Shown: positions 36,261 through 50,011, counted from the first letter of the stretch. The stretch: DNA of 50,192 bases from Octopus bimaculoides (GCF_001194135.2 NC_068993.1:21379496-21429687); one strand, 5' to 3'. Made by a program: numbers and translations. Notes: generated by a model from the letters alone, not told the origin.

Positions 36261-36776
36261 AGAAAAAAATGTAAGTATTTCTTAAACTTTTTGTCTGTAT
36301 TCGCCAACAAGATAAATTGGATTCCACTGGAGTTATTTTCCTATGATATTTCGCTTTAGTAAGTTTGACATATACTAGTCAGTTAATTATCACTCACATC
36401 ACTGTTTAATTATGCAATCCTTTTCGGATTTAAACACATTAGCCATCATCCCCATAATTACTACGATACCTTGAAGAACGCACACCTTCAGATAATACTT
36501 CTCTAATTTTCATCTACTTCATTTTCTAAATGATTACTCATGAATTAACATCTCCATTTAGAACGATACACTAAGACGATTGATCAATTTATCAAGTCTT
36601 CTCTCCTAATAATATACAGTTATGTACTCCGCGGAGACAGTAAGTACTAATTATTGATTCAACTTGATATATCTAATTTTCAGCGTAGAATCTGTTAACC
36701 AAGTGCGTGCTGAATGAAGGAATGCCAATTGTGACTGTCCTACATACGTCTACATTTATACACACACACACACAAA

Positions 36777-36830
<54 letters not shown>

Positions 36831-36916
36831 NNNNNNNNNNNNNNNNNNNNNNNNNNNNNNNNNNNNNNNNNNNNNNNNNNNNNNNNNNNNNNNNNNNNNN
36901 NNNNNNNNNNNNNNNA

Positions 36917-37740
36917 GTTAGTGCCTCACAGCGTTCAATACATACACACTTCACGGCTGGCTGTACAACCTTTTTGTTAGTTTATTTCACCGTTTCATTT
37001 TCCTGTCTTGTCTTCCGTCCGCCACTACCCTCCATGAAAACAATTTAATTTGTGTTCGTGGGAAGAACCATTTTAACGATGCGTACTGCCTTAATTCTTC
37101 GAAACGCCGGGGTTTTAATGGTGGCAGCTGATGAAGAGGTTGTTTCTATGTGGCCTGCCTGTTTGTTGCACCTTGTTTACCATTTTGTCCATGTTCTTTT
37201 TCCACGTCATGTACCCAGTTATGTATCTATATGTACATGTGGATGAAGGTATATACATACATGTACATATATATGCATATACTCATATATTGTTTGTATC
37301 ACGACAGAACGCACGCGTTAACCTTTATACAGTAAGTTTTGACTATATTTCTAACGCGACTCTCTCTGTCTCTCTTTCTCTCTCTCTTTCGCTAAATCTA
37401 TCTCCCCCTCTCATTCTTCCCTCTACTGTTCTTCGCCTCTCTCTGTCACTACTATATATCTCTCTCTCTATCTCTCGCTGCTCGTCCTTCGCCTCTCACT
37501 GTTACTGCTACCATCTCTCTCTCTCTCTCTACCTCTCGTTGCTCATTTTCGTTCTTGGACTCCTCAAGCTCGCACGTACTTCTTTGCTCCTCCAGTTCGT
37601 GCCTCACAGCGTTCAATACATACACACTTCACGTCTGGCTGTACAGCCCTTTTGTTTGTTTATTTCACCCTTTCGTTTTCCTGTCTTGTTTTCCGTCCGC
37701 CACTACCCTCCATGAAAACAATTTACTTTGTGTTCGTGGG
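36917..37740 (+). repeat. ~145-bp direct repeats (36917-37061 / 37594-37740), PLE terminal-repeat-like
   Basis: About 93% identical at offset ~677. The cagcgttcaatac motif resembles the other terminal repeats. Both ends run into gaps. Confidence 0.75.
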
Positions 37741-37978
37741 NNNNNNNNNNNNNNNNNNNNNNNNNNNNNNNNNNNNNNNNNNNNNNNNNNNNNNNNNNNN
37801 NNNNNNNNNNNNNNNNNNNNNNNNNNNNNNNNNNNNNNNNNNNNNNNNNNNNNNNNNNNNNNNNNNNNNNNNNNNNNNNNNNNNNNNNNNNNNNNNNNNN
37901 NNNNNNNNNNNNNNNNNNNNNNNNNNNNNNNNNNNNNNNNNNNNNNNNNNNNNNNNNNNNNNNNNNNNNNNNNNNNNN

Positions 37979-38010
<32 letters not shown>

Positions 38011-38669
38011 TATACATATATGTGCATGTATGCATATCTATATATATATAATTGAATTTCTGTGTTTGTTTGTTTGTCTGTCGAAATGTGAGTAAAGACC
38101 TCAAAAGCTGCAGGAGTAGTCTCACCCTGTTTCAGGTTCGAAAGTGGATCTTTCAATTTTCTTTGGGCATACTGCCAATTCAAACATCAAAAGGAACCTT
38201 GAAAAATAGGTGTTCCACTTGACCTGTGGCCTTTTCAGTGCCATCGCACAGTCACCTGGATTCGGTAAAGCTATTGTTCTATATGATATAGCTATTTTTC
38301 TAGCTTTTCGTTTCAGGTATAAATATCCAAACTTATTTGAGACAAGCAGAGAAAATCCCACAGCGAAGCAAGACGCACGACCCACACAGACAGTATTTGA
38401 CAGGGAAACGAAAAAGCCTCGAGTCACCTTCGAAAAGCCAAATCACATCAACAGCATATATTCCGACTTACAGATCTGCTTCGTTTCACTACCGACTGCT
38501 ACAGTTAAACTTCTCTATCACAAAATGTCTTGTTTTGCATTCCTGGCATATAGCATCGGAAATTCAGCGCTAACACTGACAGGACATAGCATTTGTAATT
38601 TCATTTGACTATTTGATAATGATATTTCTTGTGAAAAAAAAATGTGTCTTAAAAAGCAAGAGCGTCAAA

Positions 38670-40290
38670 AAACGAACACGAAAGAAATGCGCGACGCATA
38701 GCAGAAAATGAAAATGAGAGACGCGCATGACTTGAAGATAATCGACAGAGAAAGAAAGCTTGGCGTGCAACTGAAACCGAACATCAAAGAAATGCACGAC
38801 TTGCAGATAGCCAACAAAGAATGGCAGCAAAGAATGGCAGCCAATAAAGAATTTAGAACGTGCCACAGAAAACGAAGATGAGAGACGCGTATGGCTTGTA
38901 GATGATCGACAAAGAAAGAAAGCTCGACGCGCATCGACGATAGCCAACAAAGAAGGGCAGCTTGATGATAGCCAAAGCATGTCATCTACGATGTCCAAAG
39001 AATGGCATCGACGAGAGCCAAGAAAGAATGGATTCGATGTCAGGCAACAAAGAATAGCAGCTTCACGTGCAGCAGAAAGCAAAGATGAAAGAAATACACG
39101 ACTTGCAGATAGCCAACAAAGAATGGCAGCTCCACGTGTAGCAGAAAACAAAGATCAAAGAAACGTACGACGTGAATATAGCCAACAATGGCAGCTCGAC
39201 GTGCAGCAGCAAACGAAGATGAAAGAAATGCACGACTTGCATTTGATCGTCTTCGAAGAGTATAACATCATATGCCAGAAACATGACAAGAAACATCAAA
39301 TAGACGTGAAAATGATCGAATCAGGTACAACGAAGGTAGATCGCGTCAGGAATGGCTTCTTGCTGCTTTCAATCACTGCTATGTATCTGAAGTTGGCTTA
39401 ATTTCTCACCAATGCTTTTACTGCGTTATGCTGAAGGAAGGGGGAAATTATGCTACCTTTCTTTCCTGACACTCCCGAAGAGCTGAAAATTTTTTCATGG
39501 AACTTCCAGGGCATTTTCTACAAAAAATACAACACTATAATAATGTTTTCGAAATGATTTCATTTGGAGCAAATATTATGAATGAGTGAGGATTCATGTC
39601 AACATTCTAATCCAAGGGCAAGTATATCATCAAATTGGTAGCATTTTACCAATAGAAAATGAAGACCATAAATTTTTGCAAGTTTATTTCATTAACAATA
39701 TGCAAAAACAAGCTGAAACAAGATATAATCTTAATGACGGGCTTCACTTTGACACAATCCAACAGCTTCAGCAAATGCTTCATAACAATAATAATTATAT
39801 CAAGAGTTTCAAATGTACTCTTGATAATAGACAAAGCAGAAATGTTCAATTGGTGATCTACTCTGACGGAAGACCCCCAACTGAGTATTCACGGCGTTTC
39901 AATGCACCAGAGACTAATGAGGTTGCTATAATTTTATAGGTGAACAAACTGGAAAACGGGATATGATTATAGTGAAGAGATTGTTTCATTCAACGGGAAA
40001 ATGATACACATCGCTCCTATGATGTTCTACAGTACCTCTTGCTTTTTCTACATGGAACAGATGGATATCCATTTGGTATTACTCAGGCAGACGAAAATTC
40101 TAAAAAAGTCTGCATCGTGTATCGATTTTTATGCATTTCATCTTAGTTTTAGACCCTTCAGTTTTAATTCGTTGCATTGAAGTAGGGATTTACTTCAGCA
40201 ATTCGTTGTTGACATGTATGCCGAGATTAATCAAGAAAGAATAATCTATGTAAGAACACACCAAAGAGGAATAAGAGAAAAATTAAAGAA
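38670..40290 (+). mobile_element. Helitron Rep/helicase pseudogene, N-terminal part
   Basis: 69-bp tandem units (RAAESKDERNTRLADSQQRMA), then HFLQKIQHYNNVFEMISFGA, IQGQVYHQIGSILP..KFLQVYF, RRFNAPETNEVAII, HRSYDVLQY...HGTDGY and LLQQFVVDMYAEINQERIIYVR. Multiple stops and frameshifts. Confidence 0.9.
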
Positions 40291-40299
40291 AAAGAAAAA

Positions 40300-41313
40300 A
40301 ACTTATGGATTCAGCAGTCAAGCATGGCGACTGGTTAGGAAAAAATAGGTTTGATGGTTGAGGTTGAAAGAAGGGGAGATAATAAAGTATTGGTGATCCC
40401 GAAACGAAGGTGCGCGTACATGTGTTTCTATGTGAGAATGTGTAAATGTGGGTGGATTGGGTCTGGTGACTTTGACGTGTATGCATGTGTGCGTTGGTAA
40501 GCATGTGCGTCTGTAACGCGTGGGTGTGTTGATGGTGTGTGGATGTGCAGACGAAGGTGTGTGGGGTGAGGGTGATGTGGTGTGCGGTGGGGTGATGTGG
40601 TGGTGTGGGGTGGGGTGGAGTGAGGTGTGGGATGTGGGGGTGGGTGAAGGTAGAGGTTGTGGGTGTGGCGTGGGTGAAGGTAGAGGTTGTGAGAGAAGGT
40701 GGGTAGGAATGAAGAGAGGAAGTAGTGGTGGGTCAGATGAAGAGAGGAGGGGAGTTGAGCTCATATGGCGCAGAGGAGAGAAGAGAGAATTTTAATTCCT
40801 GTTCACGGCGAAGGCGGTAGTGCGGATGGCCCCTGTGCAAAGACAATCCGAACACAGACAGGTGTTGTAATGAATGACTGGTAGAGCGGAAATGGCGCGA
40901 GACCGGGGTGTCATTGCTAAGTCTGATGTCTCGGAGGTGCTCCGCGAATCGGTCAGCCAGAGAAGGACAGATAGAGCAGGAGATGACGTAGCTAGAAGTG
41001 CAAGTAAAGGAGTCGGTGATCTGAAAGGGACAATGATGGATTCTTGCGAGGATGGTGGTGTTAGAGAGATAGGGACAAGTGTGGCAGCGTGGGTGGGAGC
41101 AGGGGAACGAGCCAGGCTTAGAGGTGGGGTTAAGGAAGAAACTATCGATCAGGAGGTCACAGAAGTTGTGGGCTCGTTTGAAGGAGGGAAGGAGTAGGTT
41201 GGGGAAGATGTGCGAGGTGAAGGGATCGGACTGAAGTCGCCGGAAATCTCGGAGTACAGTACGTTAGAGGGGCAGGGTGGAGAGGTGGTTGGTGATGGGA
41301 AACGCGAGACAGG
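40300..41313 (-). mobile_element. Neptune-like PLE 3' end: zinc finger plus GIY-YIG region and CCACA-rich 3' region
   Basis: Open frame 41263-40733: DFRRLQSDPFTSHIFP...SFKRAHN..DLL...GSFPCSHPRCHTCPYL...FTCTSSYVISCSICPSLADRFAEHLRDIR...PVSRHF...REQEL...ELN. Confidence 0.9.
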
Positions 41314-41656
41314 NNNNNNNNNNNNNNNNNNNNNNNNNNNNNNNNNNNNNNNNNNNNNNNNNNNNNNNNNNNNNNNNNNNNNNNNNNNNNNNNNNNNNNN
41401 NNNNNNNNNNNNNNNNNNNNNNNNNNNNNNNNNNNNNNNNNNNNNNNNNNNNNNNNNNNNNNNNNNNNNNNNNNNNNNNNNNNNNNNNNNNNNNNNNNNN
41501 NNNNNNNNNNNNNNNNNNNNNNNNNNNNNNNNNNNNNNNNNNNNNNNNNNNNNNNNNNNNNNNNNNNNNNNNNNNNNNNNNNNNNNNNNNNNNNNNNNNN
41601 NNNNNNNNNNNNNNNNNNNNNNNNNNNNNNNNNNNNNNNNNNNNNNNNNNNNNNNN

Positions 41657-41689
<33 letters not shown>

Positions 41690-44600
41690 AACGTATAAAG
41701 ACGATAACGCAGAGTCTTACTCACACGCATATATGTATATATTTATTTTATATGACCGTTTTTTTTTCTTTTAGTTATATGTCGCAGTTATAGCCAAACC
41801 CAACATTACTTTTGTTTATGTCAATCTTACACACGAACTATATTAAAATCGAAATTGGTATTTTGGCTAAATATATGATTAGATTATATCTTCTACTATC
41901 CTTGATATAATGTCATATTATCAACTTTACTCACATCTGTATATTTATACTTATAATATGCAATAACCTTCTTCAGGCTTTTGGAAGTAAATCTGTGTGA
42001 AGATTGAGCTAAATATTCTATTGATCTTAAATCATCTTATTTATGTTAATCCGATGATAAAGCACAGTGACGACGTATATTGTCGTTAAATACTTTCGTT
42101 ACTTATATCTAATTTTACACGGTATTACTGGGCATTGTTGCTTTATGGAAATATTATCTATTGTTTTGTAGGATTATTTAGTATTAATTTAACGAAAACT
42201 TTGCACTACCAACACTCACACGCAAATACAATATCAGTTAATATTGCCAGAATAACACCTAAACACGTATATACGTGTGCACATATAAGAAGAAATATTT
42301 ACATGCACATACATAAAGAAATATTTCAAGGAGATTAATGAGATAAATATTATCATTCTAAGAAAATCGGTGTGAGGTAATATATGTGCGGTGTAATAGA
42401 TATAAATTTCCACTGGATGTCACATAAAATACGTTGGAAACGTTCAGAGTTCAAAAGTCTTTTATAGAGTTAATACTTTTGCTAAAGCAATTTCTGTCTT
42501 TGTAATCCGAATGTTGTTACTTATCTTGGTAGGGAATAAAGCTTCTCACATTCATTAAAAGGGATATGTTAGGTTGCATGAATATGTAAAATTCAACAAA
42601 TATCGCTAATACAAGTATTGCACTATGAGAACCGGAATTTTCAATAACGGTAATCATTAAGCAAAATTACTAATGAAATCGGGCTGCATATTTTAGGTAT
42701 AATCATATTTGATTATTGTTCGAAGAAATATTTGTCTTGAAATTGTTTTATTAATTATCGGTAATAAACGTTTAGATTCAACATATAATAACAAAACTTA
42801 GTACATAATGCTTCTAAGTTCATTGATATTGAAATATCGCCATGATACCTTTAATTCCACGTCTCCCGGGATTTTTATATTGTTTCATTAGTATTTCAAC
42901 ATTAGATATTATTTTATGTAAAGAACTAAAATATTCATGTTTTATAATTATTCCTGCATTATTCATATATTTCAATGAGATGTCACTGATAGTGATCGAT
43001 AATTATACACAACAAATAGAAATAAAATCATTGCAAGTTTATTTAATGAAATTTTAATAAGACTTTTATTATAAAACCTAGCTTCAAATAGGAAATTACC
43101 TTCTACTGGAACAATAGTATATTATTACTTTCTCAAGATATGTTTTATATTCCGATTTGATATGATATAAAACTTCACCTCTATTAGATAATTGTGGAAC
43201 TATATTACGTCTGTAAAATCATAATGTAAAGATAATTATATCAATTCTGACAGGCTAGATTGGCCAAGATATAATCGGATATACAATGTAATATAAGTAA
43301 GAATAAAGATAAATAAATTCTGTTAAATGCAAGTATGCGTATCAATCGTAATATAATTCTATGATTTATATGATATACGAGAATTGTGTACAATTAACTG
43401 GTGTTTTAAAGCAAGAATATTTAATTTACAAGTTACTAACTTTAAATTCCTTGAACTAGAGTGAATACATGTAAGATTCCCTGGAGTAATTATTTAGATT
43501 CAAATAAAGGAACATTAATGTGATGTTCAAGACGAATAGGTTCAGGTAAAGGGGCACATTTAAGTTACCGTTATAGATTCACTAAGTAACTTTTAATAGT
43601 GAGACTCCCATAGATTAGTTCCTACACAAGTATTACTCGTGTAAAATGAGATCTCTTTTGCCAAGGTTAATTTTTCAGAAGCCTCTTTTAAAATATTTCA
43701 GTACAATCCAGAACCTAAACCATATAAATTTGATAGTATTTCATATTCCCTCCTTCACGAGCAGTTTATCTTCATAAGCAGTTACAAGATATTTTGCATA
43801 ATGAAGCGGTGATGTTTAAATCATAAGAATAGTTCATAATATACAAAGATAGCTAAATGTCTACGGGATCTTTCCTTACCCAGTCTTTCTATATATTATT
43901 TAATTTATTCTTAAATAATATCGCAACCTTGATTGTTCTATAGTGAAAGCGATATCCTTTGCATTGAAATATAATCACAAACGCCTAGTCATAATGTTTA
44001 TCTGCTTCCTGATGCCTATGGTCTCTATTTTTTCTCGTTAGGATCCATATTGAACATTTTATAATTTTTTGTAACATTTTATTCTTATGGAAGCCCTTAC
44101 ATGAGAATATCTGGATATAAAATAATACAGGGAATATATCTGGCTACTTAATTTACTTGTAAATGCGTTATTCTAGCACATCCAATCTAAATTTCACATA
44201 GTTAAGACCCAGTGAAATCAGAATTTCTGTCATTCATGTATAGCTTACCAAATATAAATTTAGATTCATGAAACATCACGACGATATAGTTTTAAAGACG
44301 ATAGCGAAGTGTATGTGCTAATCATCTTATAATGCAAAGCTCTTTACAATGGATTATATCTAACTACGAGAATCCAGTTTTCACTATCTGCGTGTGAAGA
44401 GATATGTCAACGAGAGAATAATCTTGTTTTCAATAGATATTATCATGGGATAATCCTTGAAATATTCAACATCGGGATTTTTCTTAAATATAATAGCGTG
44501 CAATCGTTGAAAATCTGTATGAAATAATATTAATCAACACATATCCAGTTTAATTTTGATTTTCTCGGAATATTCTTTGCGATCTAATTTACGCTCATAT

Positions 44601-45457
44601 GTTACAGTCTATAGATAAAATGTTAAAAATTGTATATAATGTAAGTATGAAGGAGAATATTGTACAAGAATGTTCTGCTTTTTGTTAACCTGTTTAAGTA
44701 CTTATTTCTGCTCAAAGGAATTGTCGAATACTCGCCAATATAAATCTAAATTTCGTTCAACTCATCATCTTGGTTGTAAACCAGAATAAATACTGACGAA
44801 AATGATGCATTGGTGATATGCATTCGATAATGGATTGAGTGGAGGTTTTACACTAAAATAAGTAGTTTCTACCGATGAAACAAAGCTCTAACGCTGTAGT
44901 TTAGTAAATAAGAACGGTAAACAGTTGCATGCTGAACATAAAAGTAAATTATTTATTTAGTATTCCTCTTTCATTTACAGGGAGTGTGCAGGCTGGCTAC
45001 ATCATTTTCAAAATCACAGAGGTATTTTTACATTAGTACATCTATATTCAATACGAAATGGAAGTTTGCCTATATGTTCCGATTTAATTTTTAATCTGGA
45101 TAGAGACGCTGTATATTTCGAAATATTAGTCTGAACTCTTTCTCACTGATTTTTAAGGAAGAAATCATCTGCACAATATAAGCGTATCATCTGTTCCAAA
45201 TAACTGAAAATAAAATTTATTACTCTTAATTATTACATAAACATGGTAGTTTTCATATAAGAACGTATCCGTTGGAAGGCGGGAAACGGCACAGTCACAA
45301 ATCCTTTGCGACTGATGGAAATGGAAAAATTCTCGTTCACTTCTAACTGCATTTCTGTGCCTGTCTCACACGTTCCTCTGTCTCCGTCTCTCTCACTCTC
45401 TATCTCTCTTTCTATCTCTCTCTCTCTCCCTCTCTTTCTCCCTCTCTCTCTCTCTCT

Positions 45458-45499
<42 letters not shown>

Positions 45500-46877
45500 C
45501 TACCAGAAACATCTGTCATTGGCTGGGTTGAAAAAAGCTGCCAAAATTGTTCTTCACTTAGATTGTATTCAACATAAACCAGAAATAGAACATTTTGAGG
45601 GGCATCGTAAGAAGGTGAAATAAATGTTGTTTGATTTAGACAGCGGACAGCTCAGGAATCTGAAAGACATACGTGTTAAGGAATGGTCATCATAGTCATG
45701 CTGATTTTAATATGGTTTTAGACGAAATTGTAAAGTGACATATGGATGAAATTGTAGTTATAATGTATTACTATAAGTATTACTTACTTTACTGGACAAA
45801 AGAAAGTTGATAGATTCCAATTATATCGGAATTTGTTGTGAAAAACATCTTCCTCAAGTCGAGGTACCAGTTTCGGAAAACTCAAACGATTCTGCTTTGA
45901 TGGGAGCGAAAAAAAGATTTTCACAACTAATTCTGATATAGGTTGAATCTCCACCATTACAAGGATATGTATAGGAAATTTTGTTTTAAAATACCCACTG
46001 TCCCTAAATTGAAGAATAAAAGAACTCGGTGGGGCATTCTTGTGTAGGTATGCAGCATGTGTGAAAAGCATACGGTCAAATACACAGTACGCGAAGTGCT
46101 AGAAATAGGAGCCAACGCACCACCGTCTCATTAACCACTATTCCGTCTTTGGGATGTTCAATTTAATTGAAATGACACGAAAAACCTGATATATTATCAG
46201 TTTTGTTTAGTGTTTTCAGCGGTCAACTTACAAACAAACAAACCCAAGCAAACGAACTTTGCTTTTCATAAGGATAGAGGTGAAGTATTACTTATTTTGC
46301 AGGACAGAACAAAGTTGATTCGGTACTGAATTTTAAACTTGGGTAATTTTCTTTATGTTGCCTTACAATTTAGTTTCATCATTGTGTAATTGCTTTCATG
46401 GGCTCCTTTTTCATTTGACTAAATAGTCACCAAATTTAGTTAACTCAGACCTACATAATAACTATAATTTCATCCCCATGCAACTTCACACTTTACTTTC
46501 ATTCTTGTGTAATTGTTCTCATGATTCTCTTCTGTTTCATAAACGACGTTCCTCCTGAACTACAATTTCATCTATATGTAACTTTACAATTTCATAAATA
46601 TAAAAACCGATGAAAAGGAGATTATAATACACGTTTAATTATCTCCCTTAGACGGTTGATTTATTTTGGACTCTGCCTTGGGTCCAAGATGTTGGAAAAT
46701 GGCGAGTAACTTCGTTATAAGGGCACTTAGAGAGTCGGGATCATATCCATTGCCTTCGGCGTAAAATTTTACACAAGAATTAGCTTTTAGTCTTTATATA
46801 CATGCTGTAGCCTTTCTTGCAAGACATGGACAGACACACACACACATTCATTTTTATTATATGGATTATGTATGAGC

Positions 46878-46941
<64 letters not shown>

Positions 46942-46951
46942 GCATGCGCAC

Positions 46952-46988
<37 letters not shown>

Positions 46989-47690
46989 CATACATACTCA
47001 TACGCTCTTCAATTTAAGGGGTGTCTAACATGTCCAACCTGTAAATGGACTGTGTAAATCAACTTCAGCACCGAAAATACATATGCATATTCATGAAATG
47101 GAATAAAAACCTTTGTATATATTAAAACTGTAAACAATGATGACAAGTTGACTATAATGTCGGATTTTTTTTTATGTATATTCAGTTAAGTTGTAAATAA
47201 GAAAGAAACAAATTAACAGATAACAACCATACAATATTTGCATTATTGTTATTTGTAGATAATCTCTTTTTATGTGAGCCGCACCACAATCATGTTTGTC
47301 CATTGTCACTCTTCAGTTCAACAGGTCATCTGTTTGGATTTTGTGCTCTTGGTGGTTTTCACTCCTCATTACTGAACACTCATACACCGTTTCCGACGGG
47401 ATATTCGTTGAGGAATTTATTTTCTCAACAACACAACCACCTCATTATCTTTTCGACCTGCTGTATCCTGGCTGTCGCTTTTACGCAGTCTACAGAAACA
47501 TCAGTTGTAGTTTCCTAAACTATATTTTACAAAGCTTTACGTTTTTTCGTTCTTTATTCCTCGTTTCTCAGCACCAAAAGAATGCACTACAATTTTGTTT
47601 CATATATTATGTATATCTTACATAAGAAGAGGAACGCACGAGTTTTCTGATTGAACCTATAATCTACTGGCCACATCAACGCAGAAACTC

Positions 47691-47717
47691 TCCTCCTCCT
47701 CCTCCTCCTCCTCCTCA

Positions 47718-47770
<53 letters not shown>

Positions 47771-47808
47771 ATAATAATAATAATGATAATAATAATAATA
47801 ATAATAAT
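47691..47808. repeat. Compound (CCT)n(ACT)n(AAT)n trinucleotide microsatellite
   Basis: Direct reading of the sequence. Confidence 0.95.
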
Positions 47809-47809
47809 G

Positions 47810-48490
47810 TAGCCTAGTTGTAGCAACCCAAGTTGAAGCGATAAAAACAAATAACTCGTGAGAAAGCATATATGGTGAAAAATTTATTAGAAAAATGTAG
47901 AGCCTGTGCAACTTGGAACAAGAATGTGGAACTTGGAATAAGACAGTGGTACACATTGTGACAGAATGCTCCAAGTTGGCACAGGGAGAATTCAATAAAA
48001 ATACAGTCACGACCAGGTCGTAAAAGTTTTACTCGGCAAACTGGTACAATCACCGAGTCCAAAGAGTACTGGAACTGGAGAAATGTAAGATTTTATGAGA
48101 CTTTCTTATTCAAACGGACAAGAAAATAATAACAATGATAGATTAAGTAAAAGTGAAGCTGTTTATTAATCGATCCATCACACCTGTTCGATTCCAGAAT
48201 CGTAAAGAAATAGAAAGAAAAACACAAAAATACAATCCCTTCAAAATTGTAATAAGAAGAATTTGGAGCATGAAAACAGTAAAGATCGTGCCTATAAGAA
48301 TTGGTGTGTTGAGAACAACAGTAAGCAGAGATATAATGGCTGAAGGAGACTGAAATAGAATGTCCGGTAGAACTCTTACAGAAAGTTTGTCTCTTAGGGA
48401 CAGCAAGGATTGTTAGGACTTTTTAAGCACTTGACAGACTGCTGAAAGCTTGCGGCTACCTAAGGTTACAGGTGGTAACTCGCTACACAG
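47810..48490 (+). mobile_element. 5'-truncated R4/Dong-like non-LTR retrotransposon, ORF C-terminus
   Basis: VATQVEAIKTN, KCRAC, HIVTECSKLAQ, HDQV, WYNH, IQTDK, RRIWSMKTVKIVPIRIGVL and LLQKVCLLGTARIVRT, with frameshifts. It starts immediately after (AAT)n. Confidence 0.85.
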
Positions 48491-48879
48491 TTAAATCCTA
48501 CTAGGAATAAGACCGAATCTGAGTCAAGCCCCACCCAAAAGTAATAATATTGCTAAAGCATAACAGATCGGACTTAGAGGTGGTTGACAAGATGCACCAC
48601 ATTGCTATATATTTCAAGGAGGTGAACATAGTGTCATTGGGGACAGTACCAGAAGGCAAGAAGAAAATAAAGGAAATCGGCCAGCATAATGAGGAAAGTA
48701 TTAGATAGATGAAAATAACAGATAGCATGGTACGCATGCAAGGCTACAGGAGTCCCAACAAGACTTGAGATAATAGATAAAAAAGCATAATAATAATAAT
48801 AATAGTATTGTATAAAAGATCGTGGGTAAGGCCAAAACAATGCGAAGTAAATGCCAGGTAAATCACAAGAAAACAAATA

Positions 48880-49160
48880 TGCGAATTAATGTAGACTTAC
48901 CTTGTATTCAAATTTCGGGGTTATGACCCCATTTTCAAGAAACTGACGGATGTTGCCGATGTCGGAAGCACGACAAGAAAACTGCATGTACGCATTAAGG
49001 AACATATGCAGGCAGACACTTCCATGAAGAAACATCTACGGAAATGTCAGACCTGGGAATTCACAGTGCATATCAAAGCAACACGGCGAAACAGGGGCAA
49101 CCTTAGAATCTCTGAGGCCATACACATACACCTTCCAAAATAATAATAATAAATGACTTG
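48880..49160 (+). mobile_element. PLE GIY-YIG endonuclease remnant
   Basis: 48961-49140 reads VGSTTRKLHVRIKEHMQADTSMKKHLRKCQ...LRISEAIHI..PK, matching YVG.T.R.L..R+.EH...H...L.I.EA+.I..P. Further decayed RT-thumb sequence may lie at 48500-48880. Confidence 0.7.
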
Positions 49161-49289
49161 ACGCAGTACGAGGCAGTGGCGCACGTGGCTTTTGATCTTA
49201 ACTGATTGGAAGTGTTATCGTGTATATTGTTTTGTCTTAATATTAAAGATGGGCTACAGCAAATATTCTATTCAATACCACAGATTTGC

Positions 49290-49707
49290 TTGTCAGTTGT
49301 TTAACTTTAGCTAGTTGCGTATGACCCTTAGTGGCTGACGATATGTGCATCTCTGATCACGAGCAGAAGTAGTGGAGAGTATCATAGCAATGTGTTGAGA
49401 GGAATTCGTAGGTGTTTGAATAATTCACCTTTGGAAACATGGATGTTTTAACCACCGTCCTTAAAACAAACCTTATTCAGGGACCTCTTGAGTGGGATGG
49501 GCTACTCGACCTGAAGAAAATCCTCACTAGGCCCCACCTGCAAGGTCATGCGTTGTTTATCTTGATATGAGATAACCATGTCTTGCAAATATGGTTGTAA
49601 GGTATGTCTGGTGTACCCTTATCAGACAGGTAGTCATGATGGATATATTAAGCTTCGTATATTCGTACCCCAGTTTCACTTTGATGTTATACTCTGCTCT
49701 TTCACTC

Positions 49708-49757
<50 letters not shown>

Positions 49758-49830
49758 TAACAATAACAGCAATAACAACACTAATAATAATATTAACAAC
49801 AACAAAAACAACAACAACAATAATAATCCT
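49290..49830 (+). mobile_element. 3' UTR of an (AAT)n-tailed non-LTR element plus its (AAT/AAC)n tail
   Basis: Non-coding block ending ...ctctttcactc directly followed by (AAT)n. It resembles, from memory only, an abundant octopus repeat. Confidence 0.55.
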
Positions 49831-49861
49831 TTTTACTAGAAGCAAAAGGCCTCAACTTTAG

Positions 49862-50010
49862 GGGAAGGGATTAAGTCTTTTACATCGACCCTAATGCGTA
49901 ACTGGTACTAATTTTATTGACCCAAAAATGATGAAGGGCAAATTCGACCTCGACGGAATTTAAACTCAGAACGTAACGACAGACGAAATACTGCTAAACA
50001 TTTCGTCGCC
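49862..50010 (-). mobile_element. tRNA SINE (same family as 5838-6045)
   Basis: catcgaccc..gcgtaactggtactaattttattgaccc...ttcgacctcgacggaatttaaactcagaacgtaacgacagacgaaatactgctaa. Confidence 0.8.
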
Positions 50011-50011
50011 T

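Noticed and set aside
37095-37140. Type-II hammerhead (cttcGAAAC...GTT...CTGATGAagag)
   Set aside because: No stem I can form between the putative cleavage site and the core.
43400-44600. Very old PLE RT on the minus strand (EADK, GT.MG-like words)
   Set aside because: Too few and too weak motifs to support by eye.
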